Positions 19,046-28,685 of a stretch of DNA of 42,595 bases are shown here, one piece after another. Position numbers and translations under genes: made by a program. The notes beneath the pieces are model-generated. The model saw only the letters and a list, made by a program, of their open reading frames with translations. It was not told where the DNA came from and did not search any database. The DNA comes from a virus. Taxonomy: Duplodnaviria > Caudoviricetes. Position 1 is the stretch's first letter. Every line of letters begins with the position of its first letter. Location of the stretch: IMG/VR virus record IMGVR_UViG_3300020440_000026, positions 1-42,595 of that record; one strand, written 5' to 3'.

Positions 19046-20845
19046 ATGGCACAAGAAAACACAGCATCACAACAGATATATGATCTGTTAGTCACTAGAG
19101 ACTTAGATCCAAAGAGCTTGGACAGTATGGGCAAGCCTACTGTGAATCCTGGCGAAGCAGACCTTTTCTCTTTTGTTTTTTCTGCAAACGGTAACGAATA
19201 TGGCACAGTAGTTGTGTTGGTTAACGGCGACAATGACCTAGAAGTATACTACGGTGATAACTTAGGCAAAGGCATGGATCCTGGTGACAAAGGCGATTGG
19301 TACGACTTTCTTGCTATGCTCAGACAGACTGCAAAACGTAACCTACTTACATTTAGTCTAAACAACATGAACAAACTAAAGTATCAAATGGCTAGCATGG
19401 CTGATATCAGTGAGAGCTTGATTATGGAAGCATGGAAAGCTCAAGGCAAAAGCAAGAGCTATAGCAATCAACCTGGCAAAGCAAAAGTAGTCATACAACA
19501 CTCTCGTGCCATTGGCGAAGGAGAGCAACGTTTTAGAAACATTGCAAGTTTATTCGTTGAAAATGCACAAGGCGAAAGATTCCGTATGCCTTTTGAAAGT
19601 ATTGCTGGTGCTAAAGCAATGGCACGTCACGTTAGCGAAGGTGGCACACCTTATGATGCATTTGGGCAACACATCAGCGAAACAATAAATGAAATTAAAA
19701 CACTAGGTAAGTTTGTTCGTGCAAGTCGCAGTAATCAATTTGCACAAAATGAACAGGCACTAGGAATAGTAGAAGATGCAGTAAAGCATTATGCAAATCT
19801 AAAACGCAAAGCCAAGAAGATGATTGGCAAACGTGGTTACAAAGAAATATTTTCTAACTATGATCCAGCCATAGCAACAGAATTAGACGAAACAATTGAA
19901 AGTGTTAGAGAAGTATTTGTAAACAGTTCAATCGATAGCCGTATCGAAGAAGCATTGCCTATACTAGCTAAAATAAAGGAAAGCACAATGAGAGAAGCAG
20001 ACGTTTTTGAAAACTGGACCAACCAAGTAATGGAAGGAACATGGGCATTACCCGAAACTGAGAAAGATATGGCAAGACTACAAGAGCTTATGACAAAGCC
20101 GTTACCATGTGGACCAGATGGCGAGTATGCTACAGAACAACTTTACGATTTAATCGGTGATGACAGTTTGTTTGATGATATTTACGAATTGTCTCAAAAA
20201 GATCCTGATTCAGATTGCAGAGAAATAGTAAAAGCACGTGCTCAAGAACTTGGAATAGACATAGATGTAGAAGTCGGCGAAAGCATCAACGAAAACCCAA
20301 CAGATCAAGAAACTGCTAGTGAATATCAAGCAGGACAGGCCAATGCGGCCGCAGGTAAAGAACGCAGTATGGCAATGAACTTGGGTGGAGAGAAAACCGC
20401 TATGAAACAAACAGCAGGTGGACAAGACATCGAAGAAGGCTATGGCGATAAAATTATTTTCAAAGGCAAAGAAATAGACCAAGACACCATTGAATATGAC
20501 ATGCAGGACTTTGATGATTTAATTTTTGTACTTGAGGATGGTGTAAAATACACAGACGGAACACCAGTGGCTGACAAAGACTATAATGATCTGCATGAAG
20601 AATACGACCTTATTGAATGGGTACGTATTGACTATATGGATAGAGTGGCACCACAATATGAAGGCATAGACAGTTTTGTGAATCCAAACGACCAAGATGC
20701 TACACGTAGTAAAAACAATGTACCAACAGACGATTTAGATTCTGAAGACATGACTGAGATTCAAGATATCGACACTGGCAAAGAAGCACTCAAAGCAGAA
20801 CGTGATCCAATGCTTGAAAGAATTCTTTACCTCGCAAAAGGTTAA
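19046..20845 (+). CDS. Hypothetical late protein, probably virion/head-associated, acidic C-terminal half
   Basis: 599-aa ORF 5 nt behind TAAATA. Confidence 0.75.
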   Translation: MAQENTASQQIYDLLVTRDLDPKSLDSMGKPTVNPGEADLFSFVFSANGNEYGTVVVLVNGDNDLEVYYGDNLGKGMDPGDKGDWYDFLAMLRQTAKRNLLTFSLNNMNKLKYQMASMADISESLIMEAWKAQGKSKSYSNQPGKAKVVIQHSRAIGEGEQRFRNIASLFVENAQGERFRMPFESIAGAKAMARHVSEGGTPYDAFGQHISETINEIKTLGKFVRASRSNQFAQNEQALGIVEDAVKHYANLKRKAKKMIGKRGYKEIFSNYDPAIATELDETIESVREVFVNSSIDSRIEEALPILAKIKESTMREADVFENWTNQVMEGTWALPETEKDMARLQELMTKPLPCGPDGEYATEQLYDLIGDDSLFDDIYELSQKDPDSDCREIVKARAQELGIDIDVEVGESINENPTDQETASEYQAGQANAAAGKERSMAMNLGGEKTAMKQTAGGQDIEEGYGDKIIFKGKEIDQDTIEYDMQDFDDLIFVLEDGVKYTDGTPVADKDYNDLHEEYDLIEWVRIDYMDRVAPQYEGIDSFVNPNDQDATRSKNNVPTDDLDSEDMTEIQDIDTGKEALKAERDPMLERILYLAKG

Positions 20846-20863
20846 CAAACTCAACCAAAATCT

Positions 20864-20891
20864 TTGACTATTCCTGTGCATGTGCTATTAT
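20864..20891 (+). promoter_or_regulatory. Sigma70-type promoter TTGACT-16-TATTAT (extended -10)
   Basis: TTGACT 20864-20869, TGc TATTAT 20886-20891. Confidence 0.65.
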
Positions 20892-20896
20892 TAGTC

Positions 20897-21037
20897 ATGT
20901 TTAACTTTTTCACAGATAAAAACTCACCTTTAGATATTACTGTGCTAAATAAAAGTGCAAGTAATGTAGTTGCATTATTTGTTGACAAACATAAACAGGC
21001 AAATGATAGAGTAGTAGTTGCTACTCGTAGGCAATAG
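20897..21037 (+). CDS. Candidate leaderless uORF (46 aa) spanning the ssb leader
   Basis: MFNFFTDKNSPLDITVLNKS...ATRRQ*; stop TAG overlaps the AGGAG RBS of ssb. Confidence 0.35.
   Translation: MFNFFTDKNSPLDITVLNKSASNVVALFVDKHKQANDRVVVATRRQ
20946..21037 (+). promoter_or_regulatory. Late promoter core plus structured ssb 5' leader with twin hairpins
   Basis: TAAATA 20946-20951; hairpins 20957-20982 and 21009-21026, both centred on GTAGTTGC. Confidence 0.6.
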
Positions 21038-21046
21038 GAGAAGAAA

Positions 21047-22075
21047 ATGGCTTCATTAGCAGAAATAAGAGCTCGCCTTGCAGCGGCTGATAACAAGCAA
21101 GGCAACCAAACAAGCGGCGGCGATAACGCAATTTACCCACATTGGAACATGAACGAAGGCGAGAGTGCAACTCTACGTTTCCTTCCTGATGCAGACAATT
21201 CCAACACGTTCTTTTGGATTGAACGTGCAATGATCAAACTCCCATTCAATGGTATCAAAGGACAGATGGACAGTAAGAGTGTTCAAGTACAGGTTCCTTG
21301 TGTTGAGATGTGGGGCGATACTTGTCCAATCCTAACTGAAGTACGTCCATGGTTCAAAGATAAAAGTTTAGAGGACATGGGTCGTAAGTATTGGAAGAAA
21401 CGTAGTTATATAATGCAAGGGTTTGTAAGAGAGAATCCAATCACAGATGACAAGTCAGATAAGTCTATCAGACGTTTCATAATTGGGCCACAGATTTTTC
21501 AAATTATTAAGAGTGCATTGATGGATCCTGAACTAGAGGAACTGCCAACAGATTATGCTAGAGGCTTGGACTTTAGAATCAGTAAGACTTCCAAAGGTGG
21601 TTATGCTGACTATAGCACATCAAAATGGGCAAGGAAAGAAACTGCACTTACAGAAGCAGAAGCAACTGCTATTGACACACAAGGTTTATATAATTTAGGT
21701 GACTTCCTACCTAAAAAGCCAGGTGAAGAAGAACTAAAAGTGATGAAAGAAATGTTTGAAGCATCAGTGGATGGTCAAGCATATGATGTTGATCGTTGGG
21801 GATCATACTTTCGTCCAGCAGGTATGCAAAAGCCTGAAGGAACAGCACCAGCTCCAGTAATGGCGGCGGCTGCATCAGCAACAGCAACACCTGTAGAAGT
21901 AAGTGCTCCGGCACCAACTCCGGTAGCAGAAACGGCTCCTGCTCCGGTTGCTACACCTGAAGAGATGGGTGCAACTCCAACTGCACCAGTCCAAACACCG
22001 GCTTCCCCTGCTGGTAGTGGACAAAAAGCCGAAGACATTCTTGCTATGATTCGTAGCAGACAGTCTTCATCCTAA
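21047..22075 (+). CDS. gp32: Single-stranded DNA-binding protein (gp32-like)
   Basis: LRFLPD, CPIL, YWKKRSY, G.QIFQII, DF.I.K..KGGYADYSTSKW; next to uvsX. Confidence 0.9.
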   Translation: MASLAEIRARLAAADNKQGNQTSGGDNAIYPHWNMNEGESATLRFLPDADNSNTFFWIERAMIKLPFNGIKGQMDSKSVQVQVPCVEMWGDTCPILTEVRPWFKDKSLEDMGRKYWKKRSYIMQGFVRENPITDDKSDKSIRRFIIGPQIFQIIKSALMDPELEELPTDYARGLDFRISKTSKGGYADYSTSKWARKETALTEAEATAIDTQGLYNLGDFLPKKPGEEELKVMKEMFEASVDGQAYDVDRWGSYFRPAGMQKPEGTAPAPVMAAAASATATPVEVSAPAPTPVAETAPAPVATPEEMGATPTAPVQTPASPAGSGQKAEDILAMIRSRQSSS

Positions 22076-22080
22076 CGGCA

Positions 22081-22127
22081 AATGAGGGCAAGGTTTTTTT
22101 CCTTTCTCCTTGCCCTCATTCTTTTTT
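22081..22127 (+). terminator. Rho-independent terminator with 13-bp stem and pyrimidine-rich loop
   Basis: aatgagggcaagg-14 nt-ccttgccctcatt-ctttttt. Confidence 0.8.
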
Positions 22128-22164
22128 ATGTTACAATAAGTAAAATTTTAGATAGGAGAATACA

Positions 22165-23241
22165 GTGGGCAAACCATTTGACGTAAGTAAGTTTCGCAAA
22201 GATATTACAAAAAGCATTGACGGCTTATCAATTGGCTTCAATGATCCAACAGACTGGATCAGTACAGGTAACTTTGCACTAAACTATCTAATAAGTGGAG
22301 ATTTCCACAAAGGTGTTCCACTAGGAAAAGTTACAGTATTTGCTGGAGAATCAGGAGCAGGTAAAAGTTACTTTGCAAGCGGAAATATTGTCAAAGCCGC
22401 ACAAGCACAAGGAATATTTGTTGTGTTAATTGATAGTGAGAATGCACTTGATGAATCGTGGTTACATGCACTTGGTGTAGATACAGATGAAAGCAAGTTA
22501 TTAAAACTTAGCATGAGCATGATCGATGATGTAGCAAAAACAGTAAGCACATTTATGAAAGATTACAAAGCATTACCTGACGGTGAACGCCCTAAAGTAT
22601 TGTTTGTTATTGACAGTTTAGGCATGTTGCTGACACCAACAGACATCAATCAGTTTGATTCTGGAGACTTGAAAGGTGATTTGGGTAGAAAGCCTAAGGC
22701 ACTAACTGCACTTGTACGTAATACTGTAAACATGTTTGGTAGTTACAACGTAGGCATGGTATGTACTAACCATACATATGCTTCGCAGGATATGTTTGAT
22801 CCAGATGATAAAATATCTGGCGGACAGGGTTTTATCTATGCTTCAAGTATTGTTGTTGCAATGCGAAAACTAAAACTTAAAGAAGATGAAGATGGCAACA
22901 AGATATCACAGGTAAAAGGTATACGTGCCGCATGTAAAGTTATGAAGACTCGTTATGCAAAGCCATTTGAGTCAGTGCAAGTGAAGATTCCATACGAAAC
23001 AGGCATGAATCCATATAGTGGGTTAGTTGATTTGGCTGAATCAACAGGATTGTTAACCAAACAAGGAAACAGGCTAGCATTCAAAACTTCCAGTGGCGAA
23101 GATATCTTACAGTTTAGAAAGGCTTGGGAACGCAACGAAGACGGTTGTTTAGACAAGGTTATGCAAGACTTTAATAAAATGGAACAAGAGCTAAGTACTC
23201 CTGAAGAAGTAACTGATACTGTTGAAGAGGAGAATATATAG
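22165..23241 (+). CDS. uvsX: RecA-like recombinase UvsX
   Basis: AGESGAGKS, IDSENA, VIDSLG, TNHTY, SGGQG..YASS; GTG start with AGGAG. Confidence 0.95.
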   Translation: MGKPFDVSKFRKDITKSIDGLSIGFNDPTDWISTGNFALNYLISGDFHKGVPLGKVTVFAGESGAGKSYFASGNIVKAAQAQGIFVVLIDSENALDESWLHALGVDTDESKLLKLSMSMIDDVAKTVSTFMKDYKALPDGERPKVLFVIDSLGMLLTPTDINQFDSGDLKGDLGRKPKALTALVRNTVNMFGSYNVGMVCTNHTYASQDMFDPDDKISGGQGFIYASSIVVAMRKLKLKEDEDGNKISQVKGIRAACKVMKTRYAKPFESVQVKIPYETGMNPYSGLVDLAESTGLLTKQGNRLAFKTSSGEDILQFRKAWERNEDGCLDKVMQDFNKMEQELSTPEEVTDTVEEENI

Positions 23242-23519
23242 TGTCATTGGACTTAGCCGCACTGGTATGGAAAGAAACACGTCAATTCATGCACGACACA
23301 GGTGACATTAGAGAAGCTGCTAATCATGTAGTTGAAGCTCTTATGACATCACACTCAGCTGAAGAGATTAGAGAAGCATTTAAATTTGATGGCGCCATAA
23401 AATTAGCTGTAGGCGATTATCTTGGAGAAGCAGATGAAGATGATTTTGAAGAAGAAGAAGAGGATGAACTGTTAAATCAATATGACGATGATGGTGAATT
23501 TAACTATGACGAGTATTAG
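23241..23519 (+). CDS. Small protein with highly acidic C-terminus
   Basis: GAGGAG RBS, GTG start coupled to uvsX. Confidence 0.75.
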   Translation: MSLDLAALVWKETRQFMHDTGDIREAANHVVEALMTSHSAEEIREAFKFDGAIKLAVGDYLGEADEDDFEEEEEDELLNQYDDDGEFNYDEY

Positions 23520-23522
23520 TAT

Positions 23523-23975
23523 ATGTGGTATAGTAAAGTAACCAACAATCTTGCTGAGATTCCTAACTTTATTACTCACTTCGAACAAGAACTACTGATT
23601 GCTAAAAGTGAGTGCAAGGTTGGTGGTATCGTTGAAAAGAACATTAAAGCATTACCAGGACTTACTGAGCATCGATTTAATCAACTGCAAGAAATAGAAG
23701 CAATTCTTAACTTTTTAAATATCAAACTACGACAGATAAGACGCAAACACTTTCAAAAATATCTAGAAGGATATGCTCGTGCATTGACCAGTCGCGATGC
23801 CGAAAAGTATGTTGATGGAGAAGATGAAGTAATAGACTTTGAAACTCTTATCAACGAAGTTGCATTACTACGTAACAAATATCTCGGCATCATGAAAGGC
23901 TTGGATACCAAGCAGTGGCAACTTGGACATATTGTTAGATTACGTACTGCTGGAATGGAAGATGTCCAAGTATGA
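23523..23975 (+). CDS. uvsY: Recombination mediator UvsY-like
   Basis: Helical 150 aa, EKYVDGED...KGLDTKQWQLGHIV.LR.AG; in the gp32-uvsX cluster. Confidence 0.8.
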   Translation: MWYSKVTNNLAEIPNFITHFEQELLIAKSECKVGGIVEKNIKALPGLTEHRFNQLQEIEAILNFLNIKLRQIRRKHFQKYLEGYARALTSRDAEKYVDGEDEVIDFETLINEVALLRNKYLGIMKGLDTKQWQLGHIVRLRTAGMEDVQV

Positions 23976-25021
23976 CGCCAGATCGTATTAGCATCAAAGG
24001 CAAATTTATTTGGTACAACATATGGGTAAAACACGAATTTGATCAAACATACTCACGTCAAGCAAAAAAATACTGGCATCAACTTTTCTTAGAAGATTTA
24101 GCAGTTGCAAATTTAACAGTTGAAAAACTCAAACACTATTGTATTGTTGTAAATCCGAATTGGGAAGGTCATAGTGCTAAAGACATTGCACCGTTCAGGT
24201 TAATGTTAATTGAACTTGGCTTTCCAATGAAGCAGTTTGGTGTGCTTTTTACATGTTATGAAAATACTGATAGTCTGCCATATCCTGCTGAGTGTAATAC
24301 AGAAAGACTTGTTTACATTTCTAATTGGCATGCAAATTTAAAAAAACAAAATATATCATGGAAAAATTTGCCCATGGATAAAAAATTAGTTGTGCTTATG
24401 CGTAGAGCAAGTGAAAGTCGTTGCACTATTGCAAAGAAACTATTAGACATATTTGATGCAAAGGATATAAGGATTACACTTGGCACGTTTCCTGATATGA
24501 TTCCAACAGAATGGCGAGAAATGGTAAGTCCGTATCCGTACCCAATGTATGTTGATGATGATCGCGCCGCTAACACAGAACAACATCATCCTCAACATAA
24601 CTTGTTTTATACTGCACCAGTGCAACTGGTTGTTGAATCTAGTAATGAAACTGACAGGTTATCATGGAGAAATATTTTTATTACAGAAAAAAGTTTTAAA
24701 GTATTTGCCTGGCATCAATTTCCAATCTGGTATGCAGTATCTGGTCTAGTAGGAAAAATACGTGATATGGACTTTGATTTATTTGATGACTTGATTGACC
24801 ATAGTTATGATAATCTAATAGATCCATTCGCAAGAATGGATAGAGTAGTGGCTGAAGCATATAGATTTAGCAATCTTGATACAGTTGCACTACGACAAAC
24901 ACACTGGCAAAGATTAGAATCTAATGCACGACTAGTTGAACAGATAACTAAAACTGCCTACACGGTACAAAAAACAAAGACTGAAAAGTTACAAAATGAA
25001 CTACTCAAGTTTTGCAAGTGA
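23972..25021 (+). CDS. Hypothetical, glycosyltransferase-like (GT-B C-terminal LVVES..FITEK motif)
   Basis: LVVES...FITEKSFK....QFPI pattern reminiscent of GT10-like domains. Confidence 0.5.
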   Translation: MTPDRISIKGKFIWYNIWVKHEFDQTYSRQAKKYWHQLFLEDLAVANLTVEKLKHYCIVVNPNWEGHSAKDIAPFRLMLIELGFPMKQFGVLFTCYENTDSLPYPAECNTERLVYISNWHANLKKQNISWKNLPMDKKLVVLMRRASESRCTIAKKLLDIFDAKDIRITLGTFPDMIPTEWREMVSPYPYPMYVDDDRAANTEQHHPQHNLFYTAPVQLVVESSNETDRLSWRNIFITEKSFKVFAWHQFPIWYAVSGLVGKIRDMDFDLFDDLIDHSYDNLIDPFARMDRVVAEAYRFSNLDTVALRQTHWQRLESNARLVEQITKTAYTVQKTKTEKLQNELLKFCK

Positions 25022-25760
25022 ACAAACTGCTTTTGAACATAGCAAAAAACACATACTAGATTTATTTTATCAGTACGATGATTTCATGGAAAGCATCGGA
25101 CGTGTTGTTGATCTAGGCTGTAAAAATGAAGCAATGAATTTACAATGGTTTGCCAATGCTACTACACGAGATGAGCAGGCACTTCCTTTGAACATCAAAT
25201 GTGTAGGTGTTAACAATATCGATAGACTGCATGTGAAACACAAAAGCATAAGTTTTCAAAAAGGCGCACCTGAACTATTTTCTGAGACTAAGAAGAAATT
25301 TGATATACTTTTTTGTCATGATACTCTACAATTTATATCAGATCCATATAAAGCACTTAACAACTGGTGGCATATTGCAAATCAAGATGCTATGTTAGTA
25401 ATTGCAGTACCGCAAACAACCAATGTAGAGTTCAACACTCTTGAATATAATTTCAAAATCAATCACAAATATCATTATACTGTACCAATGTTGATCTATA
25501 TGTTGGCCGTCAATGGTTGGGATTGCAACAGTGGATTTTTTAAAAAAGATATAAATGATCCTTGGATATTTGCAATTGTATACAGAAGTAACACAAAGCC
25601 GATGGATCCTAACACAACTAACCTATATCAACTAGCAGAAGAAACCAATCTACTTCCAGAACCAGCAGTAAGAAGTTTAATAAAATATGAAAGTATACGA
25701 CAACAAGATTTACTACTACCGTGGTTAGATAAAACTTTAATAGACATGAGCAAATACTAA
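24996..25760 (+). CDS. Class I SAM-dependent methyltransferase-like protein
   Basis: VVDLGC, FDILFCHDTLQ..DP...L..W....L.IAVP. Confidence 0.75.
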   Translation: MNYSSFASEQTAFEHSKKHILDLFYQYDDFMESIGRVVDLGCKNEAMNLQWFANATTRDEQALPLNIKCVGVNNIDRLHVKHKSISFQKGAPELFSETKKKFDILFCHDTLQFISDPYKALNNWWHIANQDAMLVIAVPQTTNVEFNTLEYNFKINHKYHYTVPMLIYMLAVNGWDCNSGFFKKDINDPWIFAIVYRSNTKPMDPNTTNLYQLAEETNLLPEPAVRSLIKYESIRQQDLLLPWLDKTLIDMSKY

Positions 25761-25761
25761 C

Positions 25762-26790
25762 ATGTACGAAGATTTAAGCAATTATCTATGCGGAGTCACA
25801 AGTCTACCGGTATTGCCCAGTGCGGTTGACATAGACCTAACAAATGTGTGCAATCAAGATTGTTTTTATTGTAATAGTGCAGATTTTAGAGCAAAATACT
25901 TAACAACACCAAACAAAGATAAATTTATTAAACTTATAGATCAATTGAGTACATGGCGTGAACACACACCTCTTAGTGTAGGAACTGTAAGAAGTATTAA
26001 CTTCACAGGAGGAGGTGAACCAACTGTTCATCCTTATTATCATGAATTAGTAGAATATGCAATTGATAAAGGTTTTTTAGTTACTATTATAACAAATGGT
26101 AGTCAACTTCATAAACTTGCTAATTACCTACCAAAAGAAAAAGCAAATAAAATAATTTGGGTTGGTGTTGATGTAGACAGTGGTATTGACAAAACTTACG
26201 AAGAAATAAGAAAAAGTCTTACTACTTATGATTTACTACCACGTGTAAAAGAAAATGTAAAATTAGCAGTTGATGCAGGAATCAACGTAGACTTAAAAGC
26301 ATTGCTTATGGAACAAAACACAACAGATCGAGAACTATACGGATTGTTTAATCTAGTCAAAGAAACAGGTGCAAGAAGTTTACATATACGACCTTTGTTT
26401 GATATACAAACAAAAAAGTTATTTAATGTTACCGACGAGCTTAAAAAGAAAATACACAAAATATCTATTGAAACAAATGTCGAATATAGATTACCTGAAA
26501 ATAGAAAAGAGCCTAGAACATATACTAAATGTCATCAAATGTTTTTATATACTATTATGGCAGCAAATGGAGACATAAATGTTTGTTGTGAAAGTAGAGG
26601 AGACAAAACTTTTACAATAGGTAACTGGATGACTGAAGACATTAGAGATATATGGATGAAAGACAAACATCTTGAACTTTACAGTCGTATAGACACTATG
26701 AAATGTGCGCCATGTAAACCTAACAAAATTAATAATATTATACAAAAGGATATAGAAAATAACCAATTGCTTGAAAGGCAAATAATGTGA
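25762..26790 (+). CDS. Radical SAM protein with C-terminal SPASM/twitch domain
   Basis: CNQDCFYC, FTGGGEP, ITNG, C...GDINVCC...IGN...C..C. Confidence 0.9.
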   Translation: MYEDLSNYLCGVTSLPVLPSAVDIDLTNVCNQDCFYCNSADFRAKYLTTPNKDKFIKLIDQLSTWREHTPLSVGTVRSINFTGGGEPTVHPYYHELVEYAIDKGFLVTIITNGSQLHKLANYLPKEKANKIIWVGVDVDSGIDKTYEEIRKSLTTYDLLPRVKENVKLAVDAGINVDLKALLMEQNTTDRELYGLFNLVKETGARSLHIRPLFDIQTKKLFNVTDELKKKIHKISIETNVEYRLPENRKEPRTYTKCHQMFLYTIMAANGDINVCCESRGDKTFTIGNWMTEDIRDIWMKDKHLELYSRIDTMKCAPCKPNKINNIIQKDIENNQLLERQIM

Positions 26791-27746
26791 TTGTAGCACG
26801 AAGTCCATTACGTATAAGTTTTGCCGGCGGTGGTAGTGATTTATCACCTTTTGTTAATCAATTTGGCGGAAGTGTTTTAAGTTCAACTATTGATCGCTAC
26901 GCATATTGCACAGTTAATTCATCTAGTAGCTATCGTACCAATGCTCCACAAATTGTGGATAGATGTATTGATTTTGTAGCAAAACATACAAGACCGCGAA
27001 TGCCTATACGCAAAGATATAGAAGTTAATATCTACAGCGAAACCTCCTACGGTAGTGGTTTAGGAAGCAGTAGTGCTTTATTTGTTAGTTGCTTGCATGC
27101 TTTGTTTTTTGCTGAAGGCAAGGTTCCAGAAAAAGAGCAACTAGCAAAACATGCAATACACTGTGAACGAGTGCTTTGTGGTTTTCCAGGTGGCATGCAG
27201 GACCAGTATTCTACTGTGTATGGTGGGTTCAACTATATAGAATTTGCAACCACTGGCAACAATAAAGTTTCTCCTGTCTACTTAGATTACGATACAAAAA
27301 GAAATCTGCAACATAATTTGATACTTTATAACATTGGTGTAAGTCGATCAAATAATACAGTTTTAGAACGGAATATAGATGGACTTACTAATAATCCTAA
27401 AATGATTGCTGACACCAAGCAACTTGTTGAAAATTGCAGTAAAGCTCTACAATGGCTTGTCACAGGAAATATACAAGCATTAGCTAAAAGTTTTGAGCAA
27501 AATTGGAAAATTAAAAGTGCTTTACATAGTGGTATTGTAAGTAATCCCTTTAGCGAAGTAAGACAAATAGGACTTGACAACGGTGCATTAGGTGCTAAAA
27601 TAAGTGGTGCCGGAGGTGGAGGACATTTGTTGTTTATAGTTGATGCTAATAACCGTAATCGATTGTTACAAGCTCTTACACCATTGCCTGGACATGTAGA
27701 ATATTTTGGTTTTACAGATAAAGGAAGTGAAGTATGGACAACATAG
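26787..27746 (+). CDS. GHMP sugar kinase, HddA-like (heptose-7-phosphate kinase family)
   Basis: SPLRISFAGGGSD, GSGLGSSS, GGMQDQY, GAKISGAGGGG. Confidence 0.88.
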   Translation: MIVARSPLRISFAGGGSDLSPFVNQFGGSVLSSTIDRYAYCTVNSSSSYRTNAPQIVDRCIDFVAKHTRPRMPIRKDIEVNIYSETSYGSGLGSSSALFVSCLHALFFAEGKVPEKEQLAKHAIHCERVLCGFPGGMQDQYSTVYGGFNYIEFATTGNNKVSPVYLDYDTKRNLQHNLILYNIGVSRSNNTVLERNIDGLTNNPKMIADTKQLVENCSKALQWLVTGNIQALAKSFEQNWKIKSALHSGIVSNPFSEVRQIGLDNGALGAKISGAGGGGHLLFIVDANNRNRLLQALTPLPGHVEYFGFTDKGSEVWTT

Positions 27747-28084
27747 AGATTCATCCTAAAGGTTGGGGTAGAGAACTATGGATTGTAAACAACAGAGGAT
27801 ATTGCGGTAAAATATTAGAGTTTAATAAAAACAAAAGATGCAGTTTTCATTATCATTATCTCAAAGACGAAACTTTTTATTTACAAGAAGGACTAATAGA
27901 ACTTGTTACAAGTTGGGATGATGACATTGAATCAGCAAAGAGTGTTATACTAAAACCTGGAGACAAACACCATATACCTCAAGGACTAAGACATCAAATG
28001 ATTGCATTAGAAGATAGCAAAATATTTGAATTCAGTACAACACATTATGAATCAGACAGTTATAGAATAGTAAAAGGTGATTAA
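27734..28084 (+). CDS. Cupin (sugar isomerase/epimerase-like)
   Basis: KGWGRELWI, SFHYH..KDETF, IP.GLRH, EFST. Confidence 0.85.
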   Translation: MDNIEIHPKGWGRELWIVNNRGYCGKILEFNKNKRCSFHYHYLKDETFYLQEGLIELVTSWDDDIESAKSVILKPGDKHHIPQGLRHQMIALEDSKIFEFSTTHYESDSYRIVKGD

Positions 28085-28086
28085 AA

Positions 28087-28491
28087 ATGTTAGAAAAAGT
28101 TGATTATGACAGAACAGACTATCCTACAAGTAAGGTTGCAGATGTATTTCCTTTTGAACTCAGTGAAAATTTAGGACACACATGGATAATCGATGTAGAT
28201 GGCACAATAGCAGAAGTTAATAGACATCCATATGACAACGATAAACTTTTACCTGGTGTAAAAGAAATGTGGAGCAAGATTCCTGCACAGGATATGATTA
28301 TAATAATGACTGCCCGTGAAGAATCTGTTAAGGAAAAAACCTTGGCATTTATAGATAGTCATGACTTACGATATGATCGTGCAGTTTTTGGTGTACATCA
28401 TGGTGAAAGAATTGTTGTAAACGACAACAAGCCGGGAGGTTTGCAAACTGCAATTGCATGGAATGTAAAAAGAAACAAAGGCTATAATTAA
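28087..28491 (+). CDS. HAD-superfamily phosphatase
   Basis: IIDVDGT, MTAR, VNDNKP. Confidence 0.85.
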   Translation: MLEKVDYDRTDYPTSKVADVFPFELSENLGHTWIIDVDGTIAEVNRHPYDNDKLLPGVKEMWSKIPAQDMIIIMTAREESVKEKTLAFIDSHDLRYDRAVFGVHHGERIVVNDNKPGGLQTAIAWNVKRNKGYN

Positions 28492-28502
28492 GTAGGTATA
28501 TA

Positions 28503-28685
28503 ATGATAGACACAGAGATGACCAAAACCCGAGCACAAAAGATGGAACGTATTTTTATACTAGAGGATGAAATCAAGTTTGCAGAAAGTTGTTTACGTCC
28601 AAGTGCAACCGGACACATACACACTGCGATCGGTTGGATGAAAATGCGTAAGGAAGAATTAATCAAAGAGGTAAACAATGGTTGA
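28503..28685 (+). CDS. Small hypothetical protein
   Basis: 60-aa ORF in operon, overlaps the next start. Confidence 0.65.
   Translation: MIDTEMTKTRAQKMERIFILEDEIKFAESCLRPSATGHIHTAIGWMKMRKEELIKEVNNG

Noticed and set aside
21840-22020. GC-richer repetitive stretch in ssb as a mobile or repeat element
   Set aside because: Explained by Pro/Ala/Thr linker codons
28489-28503. TAAGTA before ORF 28503 (also at 10474 and 22137) as leaderless late promoters
   Set aside because: Spacing to the start codon is 8, 2 and >20 nt rather than 5, so they are not counted in the N5 class
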